NCBI GenBank assembly: GCA_964611515.1
Contig: CAZTAH010000001.1
Span: 1 to 58,720, forward strand
Direction of reading: 5' to 3'
Origin: an uncultured Candidatus Saccharibacteria bacterium
Lineage (GTDB): Bacteria; Patescibacteriota; Minisyncoccia; Phycocordibacterales; UBA9973
Length of the DNA: 58,720 nt
Shown here piece by piece: positions 19,304 through 28,946 of this stretch (position 1 is its first letter; each line of letters begins with the position of its first letter). The notes under the pieces are model-generated. The model worked only from the letters and a program-made list of their open reading frames with translations, ran no database searches and had not been told where the DNA came from. Position numbers and translations under genes: made by a program.

Positions 19304-21001
19304 TCATAAGTCAAAATAAGCAGGAGTATTTCTTTCCATATAGTCCACAACATCTCTCATCACCCTGGTAGCATTACCCGAAGCTGACTTGGGTCCTCTT
19401 TCCATAACCAAAGCAAAAGCATATTGTGGCTTATCAAATGGGAAAAATCCTATAATCCAAGAGTTAGTATTAGTGTTGCCTAATCCCACCTGAGCAGTTC
19501 CTGACTTGGCGGCTATTTTAATATTTGGAGAATTTACTGCCAAGCAGGTTCCTTCTGTAACTGCCATCCTCATTCCTTCTAAAATAACACTTAAGTATTT
19601 TTCATTTATATTAATTTGTTGACTTGGCTTGATGTCTCTGTTCTCTTCTTTTATTAATCTAGGAGAGAAAAACTTTCCTTTATTGGCTAAACCTGCTACT
19701 GCTTTAACCATTTGAATAGGGGTCACCTGAAAACCATATTGACCAATTGCTGTGTTGTAAGTATCTCCTATCCTCCACGGATCTCCTTTGAAGATTTTTT
19801 CTTTCCACTCTGGGTCTGGTATTACTCCTTCTTTTTCTCCAGATAAGTCTACTCCTGTTTTTAATCCTATGCCAAACATCTTTGAATAATTATCTATACC
19901 AGAAATACCTAAGCCTTTTTGATTTTCATATCCTCCACCTATTTGATAAAAATAAACGTCCGAAGAAACCGAGATTGCTTCTCTCATGTCAACATTGCCA
20001 AAAACACCATGGTCCCTAAAGATGGACCTTAATTCAGGATAATAAGGATTGGGAATAGAAATAGACCCACCTGAATAAATTGTCTTCTCGGGGGTGATTA
20101 ATTCTTCAACCAATGCCCCATACCCCAAAAACGGCTTAACAATAGACCCTGGGCTATATAAACCAGAAATAGGCCTATTTAAAAATACTTTTCGGCTATC
20201 GTTTAGATAGAGATTAATTTTATCTCTATCTCTTCCGTCTGAAATAATATTGCTGTCATATTCAGGATAACTAACGATAGATAACAAATCTCCATTATTA
20301 ATGTCCATTAACAACCCAGCCCCTCCCTGAAAACCAACATTTTCTGCCATCTTTGAAATAGCCCTGTACATCTCTTTTTGAATTCCACTGTCTATTGTTA
20401 GAAATAAATCTTCTCCTTCTTTGGGTAATAAAATTTTATTCTCAGACTCTACTTTCCCTATAGCATTCATTTCTCTTATTTTTATGCCATTTTCTCCAGA
20501 GAGCCTATCATTGTAAAATTTCTCCACTCCATCTTTTCCAATAAAAGAATCCTGCCAATAAAACCCAGCAGAGTCTTTGGCTGGAGAGCTTGTGTATCCC
20601 AAAAGTAGAGAAAATCCAGGCTCTGAAATATAAGCTCTTTTTGGATCTGAGCCTTCTGAGCCATCCTCTCTCTTATTCCAAGCCAACAAAACCCCATTAC
20701 GATCATATATCAATCCCCTGTCTGCTATAATTGGCTGTCTCATTAAAGTATTATTCTCACTTTTCTCTAGATAAGCTTGTCCCTTAATTATCTGCAAGTC
20801 TACTAATTTCCAAATAAAAATAAATAGTGCCAATAAAAAAAATGAGCCCAAAAATAAAAGAGATCTCTTTGGTATTGGTTTTTCTAATCTCCCCTCAAAC
20901 TGTTGTTTATTAAAATTCGGCAAGTTCTCTGAATCTAGAAATATCTCATCTAGATTGATTTCTTTTCTTATTTTTTTTCTTTTTTTAAATCTTTTATTCA
21001 T
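19304..21001 (-). CDS. mrdA: penicillin-binding protein 2 (elongasome transpeptidase)
   Basis: TM anchor, R.PI.A.RG.IYDRNG, and SxxK (GSIVKP), SSD and KSGTA motifs. Confidence 0.85.
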   Translation of the reverse strand: MNKRFKKRKKIRKEINLDEIFLDSENLPNFNKQQFEGRLEKPIPKRSLLFLGSFFLLALFIFIWKLVDLQIIKGQAYLEKSENNTLMRQPIIADRGLIYDRNGVLLAWNKREDGSEGSDPKRAYISEPGFSLLLGYTSSPAKDSAGFYWQDSFIGKDGVEKFYNDRLSGENGIKIREMNAIGKVESENKILLPKEGEDLFLTIDSGIQKEMYRAISKMAENVGFQGGAGLLMDINNGDLLSIVSYPEYDSNIISDGRDRDKINLYLNDSRKVFLNRPISGLYSPGSIVKPFLGYGALVEELITPEKTIYSGGSISIPNPYYPELRSIFRDHGVFGNVDMREAISVSSDVYFYQIGGGYENQKGLGISGIDNYSKMFGIGLKTGVDLSGEKEGVIPDPEWKEKIFKGDPWRIGDTYNTAIGQYGFQVTPIQMVKAVAGLANKGKFFSPRLIKEENRDIKPSQQININEKYLSVILEGMRMAVTEGTCLAVNSPNIKIAAKSGTAQVGLGNTNTNSWIIGFFPFDKPQYAFALVMERGPKSASGNATRVMRDVVDYMERNTPAYFDL

Positions 21002-21264
21002 TTGTTAAAAAAAATAGTTTGTCTTTTTATGTATTCTGTAAAAACAAAAAAGGCTAAAGATGTGGATAAATAAAAGTACTCATTAGAAATTAACTGTTCG
21101 CTCTCAGGAGAATACAAAGAAAACATCATTATGGAGAAAAATAGAAATTCAAAAAAATTCTTAAAAATAAATAACCCTACTATTAGCAACAATACACTTA
21201 TCCACCAAGGGCAGATAAAAATAGAGAGAAACAACAATAGGTCAAATAATATCCTTTTAGCCAT
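20998..21264 (-). CDS. small polytopic membrane protein, possibly MreD-like
   Basis: 88 aa with three hydrophobic helices. Sits immediately upstream of mrdA with a 4-nt overlap. Assignment rests on position only. Confidence 0.3.
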   Translation of the reverse strand: MAKRILFDLLLFLSIFICPWWISVLLLIVGLFIFKNFFEFLFFSIMMFSLYSPESEQLISNEYFYLSTSLAFFVFTEYIKRQTIFFNK

Positions 21265-21299
21265 AGGGTCATTATACCACTCAGTCCCAAAAAGCTCTA

Positions 21300-22085
21300 T
21301 TATCTATATCTAAAAGACCGGTAAATAGCTCTTATTAAACCGAGGACAAGCAAGGTGAAGAAAACATAGAAAGCAGCTTGTTTATTGAATATAAAATTAA
21401 AAACTTTCCAGAAATATAATTTAGCATAATTAGAAATCAAGCCTTCTTCCTCGTTTTCTTTTTTATTATCTAATTCTTTTTGGCTTTTTTCTACATTAGA
21501 AATAATCTCATTTCCCTTTTTTTGGCGATATAATTCAAGCCAATTAAACCACTTGTATACTTTTTCCTTTGTTTCTTTGCTAACAACTTTGCCCACCTTT
21601 TCTTCTGCTTTATCTATTAAATCCTCTATAGTATCTGAAACATTTACCTCCTCTCCTTCTTCATTTCTAATTGTTACAGGCACACTTATCCTACTGCCAC
21701 CAGTGCTATTTGTTTTTATCTTTAAGTCCTCCTCTTTTCCATTTTTAATTAATTTTGGAGAGATAATTTTAGCACTCATTGTGTGAGCCCCGGCTGTTGC
21801 TTCCCAGGAAACAGAAACCTCTTTCAGCTCTTGAGGATTAATGGAAACATCACGGCTTCCTAGTATCAGACTCTTGTCGTAAAATTCAATTTTAGCCTTA
21901 ATTATCTCTCCTGTTCCATTCCAAAGAGCTGTATGTATTTTAATATTTTGTCCTTCTTTTAATTCCCCTCCTGAATACCACAATTGGTCAGGCATAAAAA
22001 CTAAATCATTAGTAGTCTTAGCTAGAACAGTTAAAGATAACGAAAAGGTCAGAATACATAGAGATAAAAAAATATATTTTTTCAT
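21300..22085 (-). CDS. hypothetical surface protein (signal peptide, beta-rich domain, C-terminal TM)
   Basis: 261 aa; no confident family. Confidence 0.4.
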   Translation of the reverse strand: MKKYIFLSLCILTFSLSLTVLAKTTNDLVFMPDQLWYSGGELKEGQNIKIHTALWNGTGEIIKAKIEFYDKSLILGSRDVSINPQELKEVSVSWEATAGAHTMSAKIISPKLIKNGKEEDLKIKTNSTGGSRISVPVTIRNEEGEEVNVSDTIEDLIDKAEEKVGKVVSKETKEKVYKWFNWLELYRQKKGNEIISNVEKSQKELDNKKENEEEGLISNYAKLYFWKVFNFIFNKQAAFYVFFTLLVLGLIRAIYRSFRYR

Positions 22086-22109
22086 TTTATTTAAAATTAT
22101 TTAATAATA

Positions 22110-22685
22110 TTAATTCCCAAGCCAATCATTGTATTTTTCTATTATTTTCTCAACAACTCCTTCTAGTGGCAAAAGAGATGTGTCCACAATTAAATCAAAA
22201 TTATTTGGATCTGTGTAGTCTCTTATGTGATACATTTCTTGATATCTCTTTCTTTCGCTCTCTTGCCTGGCCTTAATATTTCTTGCTACTCCTTCTTGGG
22301 TATCAAAATCAGAACTAGCTTCATTTAAACGATTGGGTTTTTCTTTGTCTTTTAAAATTCTACCTGCGGCTATTTCTGGATCTAATTTTAAAAATACCTT
22401 AAATGACTTTGGGATAAAATAAAAACCTAAACGAGAGTCTATGACTACCCTTTCCTTTTTTCCTACTTCCTTGTTTTTATTGTCTAGCTCTTCGTCTATG
22501 CTCCTGTCTTCTTCCGCTAATAAATTTAACTCCGCCAGAGAAATATTTTTTTCCTCTGCTAGTGATCTCATAAAATCCCCAGTTGAATAATGTTCATAAT
22601 TCAAACTTTCTGATAATTTTTTAGCCGTAGATGACTTCCCGCTTCCTAAGTTACCTGCTATTGTAATTATCTGTTTTTTGTTCAT
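22110..22685 (-). CDS. cmk: cytidylate kinase-like NMP kinase
   Basis: P-loop IAGNLGSGKSS, STGDFMR and VIDSRLG, consistent with the short (archaeal-type) CMP kinase family. Confidence 0.7.
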   Translation of the reverse strand: MNKKQIITIAGNLGSGKSSTAKKLSESLNYEHYSTGDFMRSLAEEKNISLAELNLLAEEDRSIDEELDNKNKEVGKKERVVIDSRLGFYFIPKSFKVFLKLDPEIAAGRILKDKEKPNRLNEASSDFDTQEGVARNIKARQESERKRYQEMYHIRDYTDPNNFDLIVDTSLLPLEGVVEKIIEKYNDWLGN

Positions 22686-22786
22686 ATAATTATTAGTATT
22701 ATCTATATTCTAATAATACCACAAAATGGTCAAATAATTAACAATATGCTATATTAAAGCTGTAATAATAAGGTTAAATTTTAAAA

Positions 22787-24013
22787 ATGAAAATTCTTGC
22801 CATTGAAACATCTTGTGACGAAACAGCCATTGCTTTACTTGAAATTGACAGAAAAAAAAATGTAGATCATTTCAAAATACTAAGCAATCAGATTTCTTCT
22901 CAAACCATTCATTCTCAATATGGGGGTGTTTTCCCAATGATGGCAAAAAGGGAGCATTCTAAAAATATTTTAGATATTTTTAAAAAAACATTGGAAGAGG
23001 CAGGTTTGTTAAAAGAAAAAGAAGTAAAAAAACCTCTTAGTAAAAAAACTGAAATAAAAATAAAAGAAATCTTAAACAGAGAAGATGATTTAGCTAAAAA
23101 CTTTATTGATTTTTTTGAAAAAACAGAGAAGGTAAAAATAGACGCAATAGCTGTAACTGAAGGTCCGGGATTAGAACCAGCTTTGTGGGTTGGAATTAAT
23201 TTTGCTAAAGCTCTTAGTTTGTACTTGGACGCTCCTTTAATTCCTGTTAACCATATGGAGGGGCATATTTTTTCTACTTATATTACAGGAGACGAGTCTT
23301 TTAAGATTGAAAAAGGAAAAGAAAAATTCCCCATCATCTCTTTGCTTGTTTCTGGGGGACATACAGAGTTAATTCTAATTGAAAAATGGGGAAAATATAA
23401 AAAAATTGGAAAGACAAGAGATGATGCTTCAGGGGAAGCCTTTGATAAGGTAGCAAGAATGCTTGGCCTCCCTTACCCAGGAGGTCCTCACATTTCTAAA
23501 TTAGCAGAAAAAGAACGAGAAAGTTCTAGCAAAAAAAATGAACCACTGGTGGATGTTTATTTTCCTAGGCCTATGATTAATTCTAAAGATTATGATTTTT
23601 CCTTTTCTGGACTTAAGACTTCTGTTCTTTATTTAATTAGAGACTTGGAAAAAAAAGATGAAAAAATATTAGAAAAAAGGAGAGTTAAAGAAGTAATAGC
23701 TAAAGAGTTTGAAGACTCTGTAGTTGAAGTCTTGGTCTCGAAGACTTCAAAAGCAATAAAAGAGTTTGGGGCTAAAAAACTTATAGTAGGCGGAGGAGTG
23801 TCTGCTAATAAATACTTGCGGCTAAAATTGTTAGAGAAAATAAATACACTAAACAACAAAGGAGAAAAGGAGGAAATAACCCTACACTTCCCTTCCCTGA
23901 AACATTGTGGGGACAATGCCCTAATGATAGCCATTGCTGGTTTTTATCAAAGCAAAAAAACAAGAAAAAGTAAAAAAATAGAAGCAGACGGAACAAAGGC
24001 TATGCCTTGTTAA
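22787..24013 (+). CDS. tsaD: tRNA N6-adenosine threonylcarbamoyltransferase
   Basis: Has ILAIETSCDET, HMEGH, SGGHTEL, GEAFDKVAR.LGL.YPGGP and GGGVSAN. Confidence 0.95.
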   Translation: MKILAIETSCDETAIALLEIDRKKNVDHFKILSNQISSQTIHSQYGGVFPMMAKREHSKNILDIFKKTLEEAGLLKEKEVKKPLSKKTEIKIKEILNREDDLAKNFIDFFEKTEKVKIDAIAVTEGPGLEPALWVGINFAKALSLYLDAPLIPVNHMEGHIFSTYITGDESFKIEKGKEKFPIISLLVSGGHTELILIEKWGKYKKIGKTRDDASGEAFDKVARMLGLPYPGGPHISKLAEKERESSSKKNEPLVDVYFPRPMINSKDYDFSFSGLKTSVLYLIRDLEKKDEKILEKRRVKEVIAKEFEDSVVEVLVSKTSKAIKEFGAKKLIVGGGVSANKYLRLKLLEKINTLNNKGEKEEITLHFPSLKHCGDNALMIAIAGFYQSKKTRKSKKIEADGTKAMPC

Positions 24014-24098
24014 TTTGCCCACAGATAAACAGTGTCTGTCAATGATGTTTTAGGTATTATTTTTTGGAAAAAAAACCTAAAAATGCTATATTTTAATA

Positions 24099-26291
24099 AT
24101 GGAAAAAGAAATAGATAGTAAGCTCTTGAGCCCTTATAATCCACAAGAAACAGAATCAAGAATATATGAAATTTGGGAAAAATCAGGGTTTTTTAATCCA
24201 GATAATTTACCAGAGAGACATAAGGAAAAATTTACTATTGTAATGCCTCCTCCCAATGTAACTGGGGTTCTTCATATGGGTCATGCTTTGATGGTCACCA
24301 TAGAAGACATAATGATTAGATACCAAAGAATGCAAGGAAAAAAAACCCTCTGGTTGCCAGGAACAGATCATGCTGCTATAGCCACTCAGTCTAAGGTAGA
24401 AAAAGATATTAAGAAAAAAGAAAAGAAATCCAGATACGATTTAGGAAGAGAAGAATTGCTTAAAAGAATTGAAGTCTTTGCTGAAGAGAGCCACAAGATT
24501 ATCACGTCTCAAATTAAAACATTTGGGGCTTCTTGTGATTGGTCTAGGGAGGCTTTCACTTTAGACGAAAAAAGAAATTTGGCTGTTAGAACTGTTTTTA
24601 AAAAAATGTATGATGATGGGCTTATTTACAGAGGCCACAGAATTATAAATTGGGACCCAAGAGGGCAAACAACTATTTCTGATGATGAAATAGTTCACGA
24701 AGAAAGAAAAGCCAAACTATATACCTTTAAATATTCTAAAGACTTCCCTATTCCTATCTCTACAACTAGGCCTGAGACTAAACTGGGAGACTCTGCTGTA
24801 GCTGTTCACCCTGAAGACACTCGCTATCAGAAATACATTGGAAAAACTTTTATAGTAGAAGATTTTTGTGGAGTTAAGTTAAATATAAAAATAATAGCAG
24901 ATAAAGAAGTTGATCAAGATTTTGGTACAGGGGCACTAGGAGTAACACCTGCCCACTCTATGACTGACTGGGAAATGGGCATAGAAAACGATCTTCCTGT
25001 AATTCAAGTAATAGATGAAAGAGCCAGAATGATTGTCGGAAATGAGGACATAATAGGAAAGAAAACAACAGAAGCAAGGGAAAATATTGTTAATTATCTT
25101 AAGGAAAATAACTTATTAGAAAAAGAGGAAGAAGTAGAGCAGAATGTGTCCACCGCAGAAAGAACTGGTGGTATTATAGAGCCTTTACCGAAATTACAAT
25201 GGTTTATAGCAGTTGAAAAACCTTTTGTTGTGAAAAATTCTAATATAAAAGGAATAGAAAGTGGTTCAACCACTACTCTAAAGGAAATAATGAGAAAAAC
25301 TGTTTCAGAAAAAGATATTGAGATTATCCCAGAATATTTTAATAAAACTTATTTTCATTGGATAGATAATTTGAAAGATTGGTGCATTTCTCGTCAAATA
25401 TGGTATGGGCACAGAATTCCTGTCTGGTATAAAGAAGAAAAAGTATATTGCGACATAGAAGAACCTAAAGAAGATGGTTGGGCTCAAGACGAAGACACTC
25501 TGGACACTTGGTTTTCTTCTGCTTTGTGGACTTTTTCTACTCTAGGATGGCCAAAAGAAACAGAGGATCTTTCATTTTTTCATCCGACTGATGTTTTAGA
25601 AACTGGATATGAAATTCTGTTTTTCTGGGTGGCTAGAATGATTTTAATGTCTGGATATGTCCTTGGAACTATTCCATTTAATACTGTTTATCTTCATGGA
25701 ACAGTGAGAGATCATAAGGGAAGAAAAATGTCTAAGTCGTTAAACAATGGAGTAGATCCAATAGACATAGCTAATAAATTCGGAGCTGATGCCGGAAGAA
25801 TGGCTCTAGTTGTTGGAAATACCCCAGGTACAGATATGAAATGGAGCGAGGACAGAGTTAGGGCTAATAAGAATTTTGCTAACAAGATTTGGAATATAGC
25901 CAGATTTGTTCTAGAGAGCACCAAGGGCACTCAACCTGATTTATCTTTTCAAAATTTTAGCAAAAAAGATCTTGAGCTAAAGAAAGAGAGAGATGATTTT
26001 GTTCAGGATATCACCAAGGACATGGAGAACTTTAGGTTCTATATGGCTGGAGAAAAAATATATCAATACTCTTGGCATTCTTTTGCTGATTTAATACTAG
26101 AAGAAAGTAAGGAAATATTTGCAAGTAATAATGAGGATGAGAAAAAATCTAGAAAACAATTCTTGCTTCAAACATTATCTGTTATCATTAAAGTACTCCA
26201 TCCTTTTATGCCTTTTTTAACAGAAGAACTTTGGTCTCTTTTTCCAATTAAAGAAAAGAACTTATTAATAATAGAGGAATGGCCTAGTTAA
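24099..26291 (+). CDS. valS: valine--tRNA ligase (short, no C-terminal coiled coil)
   Basis: Has PPPNVTGVLHMGHA, the editing domain (TTRPET) and KMSKSLNN. Confidence 0.95.
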   Translation: MEKEIDSKLLSPYNPQETESRIYEIWEKSGFFNPDNLPERHKEKFTIVMPPPNVTGVLHMGHALMVTIEDIMIRYQRMQGKKTLWLPGTDHAAIATQSKVEKDIKKKEKKSRYDLGREELLKRIEVFAEESHKIITSQIKTFGASCDWSREAFTLDEKRNLAVRTVFKKMYDDGLIYRGHRIINWDPRGQTTISDDEIVHEERKAKLYTFKYSKDFPIPISTTRPETKLGDSAVAVHPEDTRYQKYIGKTFIVEDFCGVKLNIKIIADKEVDQDFGTGALGVTPAHSMTDWEMGIENDLPVIQVIDERARMIVGNEDIIGKKTTEARENIVNYLKENNLLEKEEEVEQNVSTAERTGGIIEPLPKLQWFIAVEKPFVVKNSNIKGIESGSTTTLKEIMRKTVSEKDIEIIPEYFNKTYFHWIDNLKDWCISRQIWYGHRIPVWYKEEKVYCDIEEPKEDGWAQDEDTLDTWFSSALWTFSTLGWPKETEDLSFFHPTDVLETGYEILFFWVARMILMSGYVLGTIPFNTVYLHGTVRDHKGRKMSKSLNNGVDPIDIANKFGADAGRMALVVGNTPGTDMKWSEDRVRANKNFANKIWNIARFVLESTKGTQPDLSFQNFSKKDLELKKERDDFVQDITKDMENFRFYMAGEKIYQYSWHSFADLILEESKEIFASNNEDEKKSRKQFLLQTLSVIIKVLHPFMPFLTEELWSLFPIKEKNLLIIEEWPS

Positions 26292-27023
26292 ATGTTGGCT
26301 AAAATAACACAAGATCCAAAAGTTTTTATATTGGCTGTTTTAAGTGGTCTTATTCCTGCTATTTTCTGGCTTTGGTTCTGGTTAAGAAATGAAGACAAAG
26401 AAAGACCTGAACCGTTAGGCCTTATTGTTCTTTCTTTTATAGTAGGAGCGTTAGTTGTTTTTCCTACTATGGCCCTAGAAAAATATTCTCTATTTTTCTT
26501 TAGAGAAAACAGTGATCTTAAAATAGTTATATGGGCCACAATAGAAGAGCTTCTCAAGTTTTTAGCGGCCTTTTTAATTATTTACAAAAACAAATATGTA
26601 GACGAGCCAATAGATTTTCCTATGTATTTTATTGCTGTTGCATTAGGGTTTGCCGCCCTAGAAAATACTCTTTATCTATTAGGGGCCTTTGATTCTAGTG
26701 GGGCTACTGTTGGATTATTGACTGGAAATCTTAGGTTTTTAGGATCAACCCTGCTTCATGCTATAGCAAGCTCAATGATAGGAAGCTCCCTGGGAATGGC
26801 CTTCTTTTTAAAAAAAAGAAAAGGTCGCTATCTCTGGATAGGAATATCTGGAGCTATCGTATTGCATAGTGTTTTCAATTTACTTATAATGAGAGAAGGA
26901 GGCAGAAATTTTCTACCAGTCTTTGGTTTTCTGTGGGTCACAACAATTATAAATCTTCTCGTTTTTGAGAAACTTAAGCGTATGGGAAACTATCTTCCTG
27001 TACTAAAAGAAAAATCAACATGA
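26292..27023 (+). CDS. prsW: PrsW-family intramembrane protease
   Basis: Polytopic, with EELLKF and HAI.S motifs. Confidence 0.75.
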   Translation: MLAKITQDPKVFILAVLSGLIPAIFWLWFWLRNEDKERPEPLGLIVLSFIVGALVVFPTMALEKYSLFFFRENSDLKIVIWATIEELLKFLAAFLIIYKNKYVDEPIDFPMYFIAVALGFAALENTLYLLGAFDSSGATVGLLTGNLRFLGSTLLHAIASSMIGSSLGMAFFLKKRKGRYLWIGISGAIVLHSVFNLLIMREGGRNFLPVFGFLWVTTIINLLVFEKLKRMGNYLPVLKEKST

Positions 27024-27517
27024 AAAAGAAATCATTTTTAGAAAGATTAACGGGCAATTTAAGAGTAGATGAAGAAGAATTAGAGGAAGATTTTTTTGAA
27101 GAAAAATCATCTAAGAGGAACTCAAAAAGCCTAGATACAGCAAAAGGAGCAGCTGAGGAAAAAGAAGAAGGCTGGGAAGAGGAACAAGAGGCAGAATTAA
27201 CGATAGATCTTTATCAGACTCCGACAGATATAATAGTTCAGACCATGGTAGCTGGAGTTCAGCCAGATAATCTTTCTATAACGATTACGAGAGACATGAT
27301 AACAATAAAAGGAAAAAGAGAAGAAAGTCATACAGTAGAAAAAGATAATTATTTTGTTAGAGAATTATACTGGGGATCATTCTCTAGATCTATATCACTA
27401 CCAGAAGAGGTTGACCCTGAAGAAGCAGAAGCAATCGAAAAACATGGACTTTTAATTATAAAATTACCTAAATTAGATAAAAACAGAGAAACAAAACTGA
27501 AAATTAAGTCCATATAA
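27020..27517 (+). CDS. Hsp20/alpha-crystallin small heat-shock protein
   Basis: Has the alpha-crystallin core (DLYQT.., V.G....L.I......I.G.R, F.R...LP......EA....GLL.I.LPK). Confidence 0.85.
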   Translation: MKKKSFLERLTGNLRVDEEELEEDFFEEKSSKRNSKSLDTAKGAAEEKEEGWEEEQEAELTIDLYQTPTDIIVQTMVAGVQPDNLSITITRDMITIKGKREESHTVEKDNYFVRELYWGSFSRSISLPEEVDPEEAEAIEKHGLLIIKLPKLDKNRETKLKIKSI

Positions 27518-27532
27518 CAACTTAATTTAAAG

Positions 27533-27561
27533 TTGAAAGAGGTTTTTTTATATGCTATTAT
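27533..27561 (+). promoter_or_regulatory. sigma70-like promoter (TTGAAA-17-TATTAT)
   Basis: The -10 box ends 7 nt before ATG 27569, implying a leaderless or near-leaderless mRNA. Confidence 0.45.
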
Positions 27562-27568
27562 TTTACCT

Positions 27569-27823
27569 ATGGAGAAGGGAGAAAAAGAACTACTGAAGGA
27601 GATATTAGCTCTTCAAAAAGAAAATAAGGAAATATTATTATCTCTAAAGAAAAGCATAAGATGGACTTCTCTTTCTAGAGCTTTTTATTGGATCTTAATC
27701 GCCGCTATGGCACTAGGCGCTTTTCTTTATATAAAACCTTATTTGGGAGGATTTCTTAATATATATAGCGGAAATGTTTCGGGGGTAAATATATTGGAGT
27801 TAAGAAAAAGTTTAACAGAATAA
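27569..27823 (+). CDS. hypothetical membrane protein
   Basis: 84 aa from the ATG with one TM segment. The track's TTG start at 27533 coincides with the -35 box. Confidence 0.4.
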   Translation: MEKGEKELLKEILALQKENKEILLSLKKSIRWTSLSRAFYWILIAAMALGAFLYIKPYLGGFLNIYSGNVSGVNILELRKSLTE

Positions 27824-27827
27824 TAAT

Positions 27828-27900
27828 GCTTGGGTAGCTCAGTTGGTAGAGCGCTCCCCTGAAGAGGGATAGGTCGGCAGTTCAATTCTGCCCCCAAGCA
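27828..27900 (+). tRNA. tRNA-Phe(GAA)
   Basis: Acceptor GCTTGGG/CCCAAGC. D arm GCTCAGTTGGTAGAGC. Anticodon loop CTGAAGA. T arm GGCAG-TTCAATT-CTGCC. Confidence 0.9.
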
Positions 27901-27906
27901 CAGAAC

Positions 27907-27940
27907 CACAGGACCGTCCTAGACACAGGACGGTCCTGTG
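27907..27940 (+). other. perfect 14-bp GC-rich hairpin just after tRNA-Phe
   Basis: CACAGGACCGTCCT agacac AGGACGGTCCTGTG. The AGGACCGTCCTAGAC module recurs at 57829-57846. Confidence 0.7.
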
Positions 27941-27988
27941 TAATATCTCTACGCCTAATAGAGATATTGGTTTGTGGGGGGGGCCTGT

Positions 27989-28034
27989 CCCCACATCAAT
28001 ATCTCCACACCTAATGGAGATATTGGTAGTGGGG
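27989..28034. repeat. 46-bp mini-palindrome with MITE-type termini
   Basis: CCCCACATCAATATCTCCA cacctaa TGGAGATATTGGTAGTGGGG. A half-copy lies at 27942-27979. Confidence 0.75.
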
Positions 28035-28069
28035 ATAACCAAGTGTCCGGCCGGACCTCTTGTTACACC
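28033..28069. repeat. REP-like palindrome, degenerate copy a
   Basis: GGATAACCAAGTGTCCGGCCGGACCTCTTGTTACACC. Confidence 0.6.
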
Positions 28070-28093
28070 AAGAGACTTTCTGTTATTATTTCA

Positions 28094-28424
28094 TAAGGGT
28101 TATTTTTGATTTTTAGACTTAAGGTCTCCCGAGTCTTTTTTCCATTTTTACCCTTATATAGTAATGCTTATTCTATACTCAGCTTACACGATCGTACGTT
28201 TTGAGTATAAATAGGCCTTTATAAAATAAGGGTTATTTTTGATTTTTAGACTTAAAGTCTCCCGAGTCTTTTTTCCATTTTTACCCTTATATAGTAATGC
28301 TTATTCTATACTCAGCTTACACGATCGTACGTTTTGAGTATAAATAGGCCTTTATAAAATAAGGGTTATTTTTGATTTTTAGACTTAAAGTCTCCCGAGT
28401 CTTTTTTCCATTTTTACCCTTATA
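28094..28424. repeat. 132/133-bp tandem repeat, ~2.5 copies
   Basis: Unit starts at 28094, 28226 and 28359. One poly-T indel and one A/G difference. Two hairpins per unit. Confidence 0.9.
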
Positions 28425-28445
28425 ACATAAACCTAGAAATTAACA

Positions 28446-28483
28446 GGTGTAACAAGACGGACGGCCGTCCGTCTTGTTACACC
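28446..28483. repeat. REP-like palindrome, perfect 38-bp copy b
   Basis: GGTGTAACAAGACGGACGGCCGTCCGTCTTGTTACACC. Confidence 0.9.
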
Positions 28484-28485
28484 TA

Positions 28486-28946
28486 GCGAAACAGAGCAAA
28501 TAAATTTGCTATATTTTAACTCACGCTTTTGGTCACAAATAATTCCTCTGTCGTCACATCGGAATTTTCGCGACCCCGGCTCGCGGTTTTGTTTGCTAAC
28601 AAAACATCGCTCCGCCTCACAAAAGCGAAACAGAGCAAATAAATTTGCTATATTTTAACTCACGCTTTTGGTCACAAATAATTCCTCTGTCGTCACATCG
28701 GAATTTTCGCGACCCCGGCTCGCGGTTTTGTTTGCTAACAAAACATCGCTCCGCCTCACAAAAGCGAAATATAGCAAATAAATTTGCTATATTTTAACTC
28801 ACGCTTTTGGTCACAAATAATTCCTCTGTCGTCACATCGGAATTTTCGCGACCCCGGCTCGCGGTTTTGTTTGCTAACAAAACATCGCTCCGCCTCACAA
28901 AAGCGAAATATAGCAAATAAATTTGCTATATTTTAACTCACGCTTT
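28486..28946 (-). repeat. 139-bp tandem array (3.3 copies), Arg-linked tRNA-trailer family
   Basis: Unit starts at 28486, 28625, 28764 and 28903. The minus strand is in the sense of tRNA-Arg. Confidence 0.9.
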
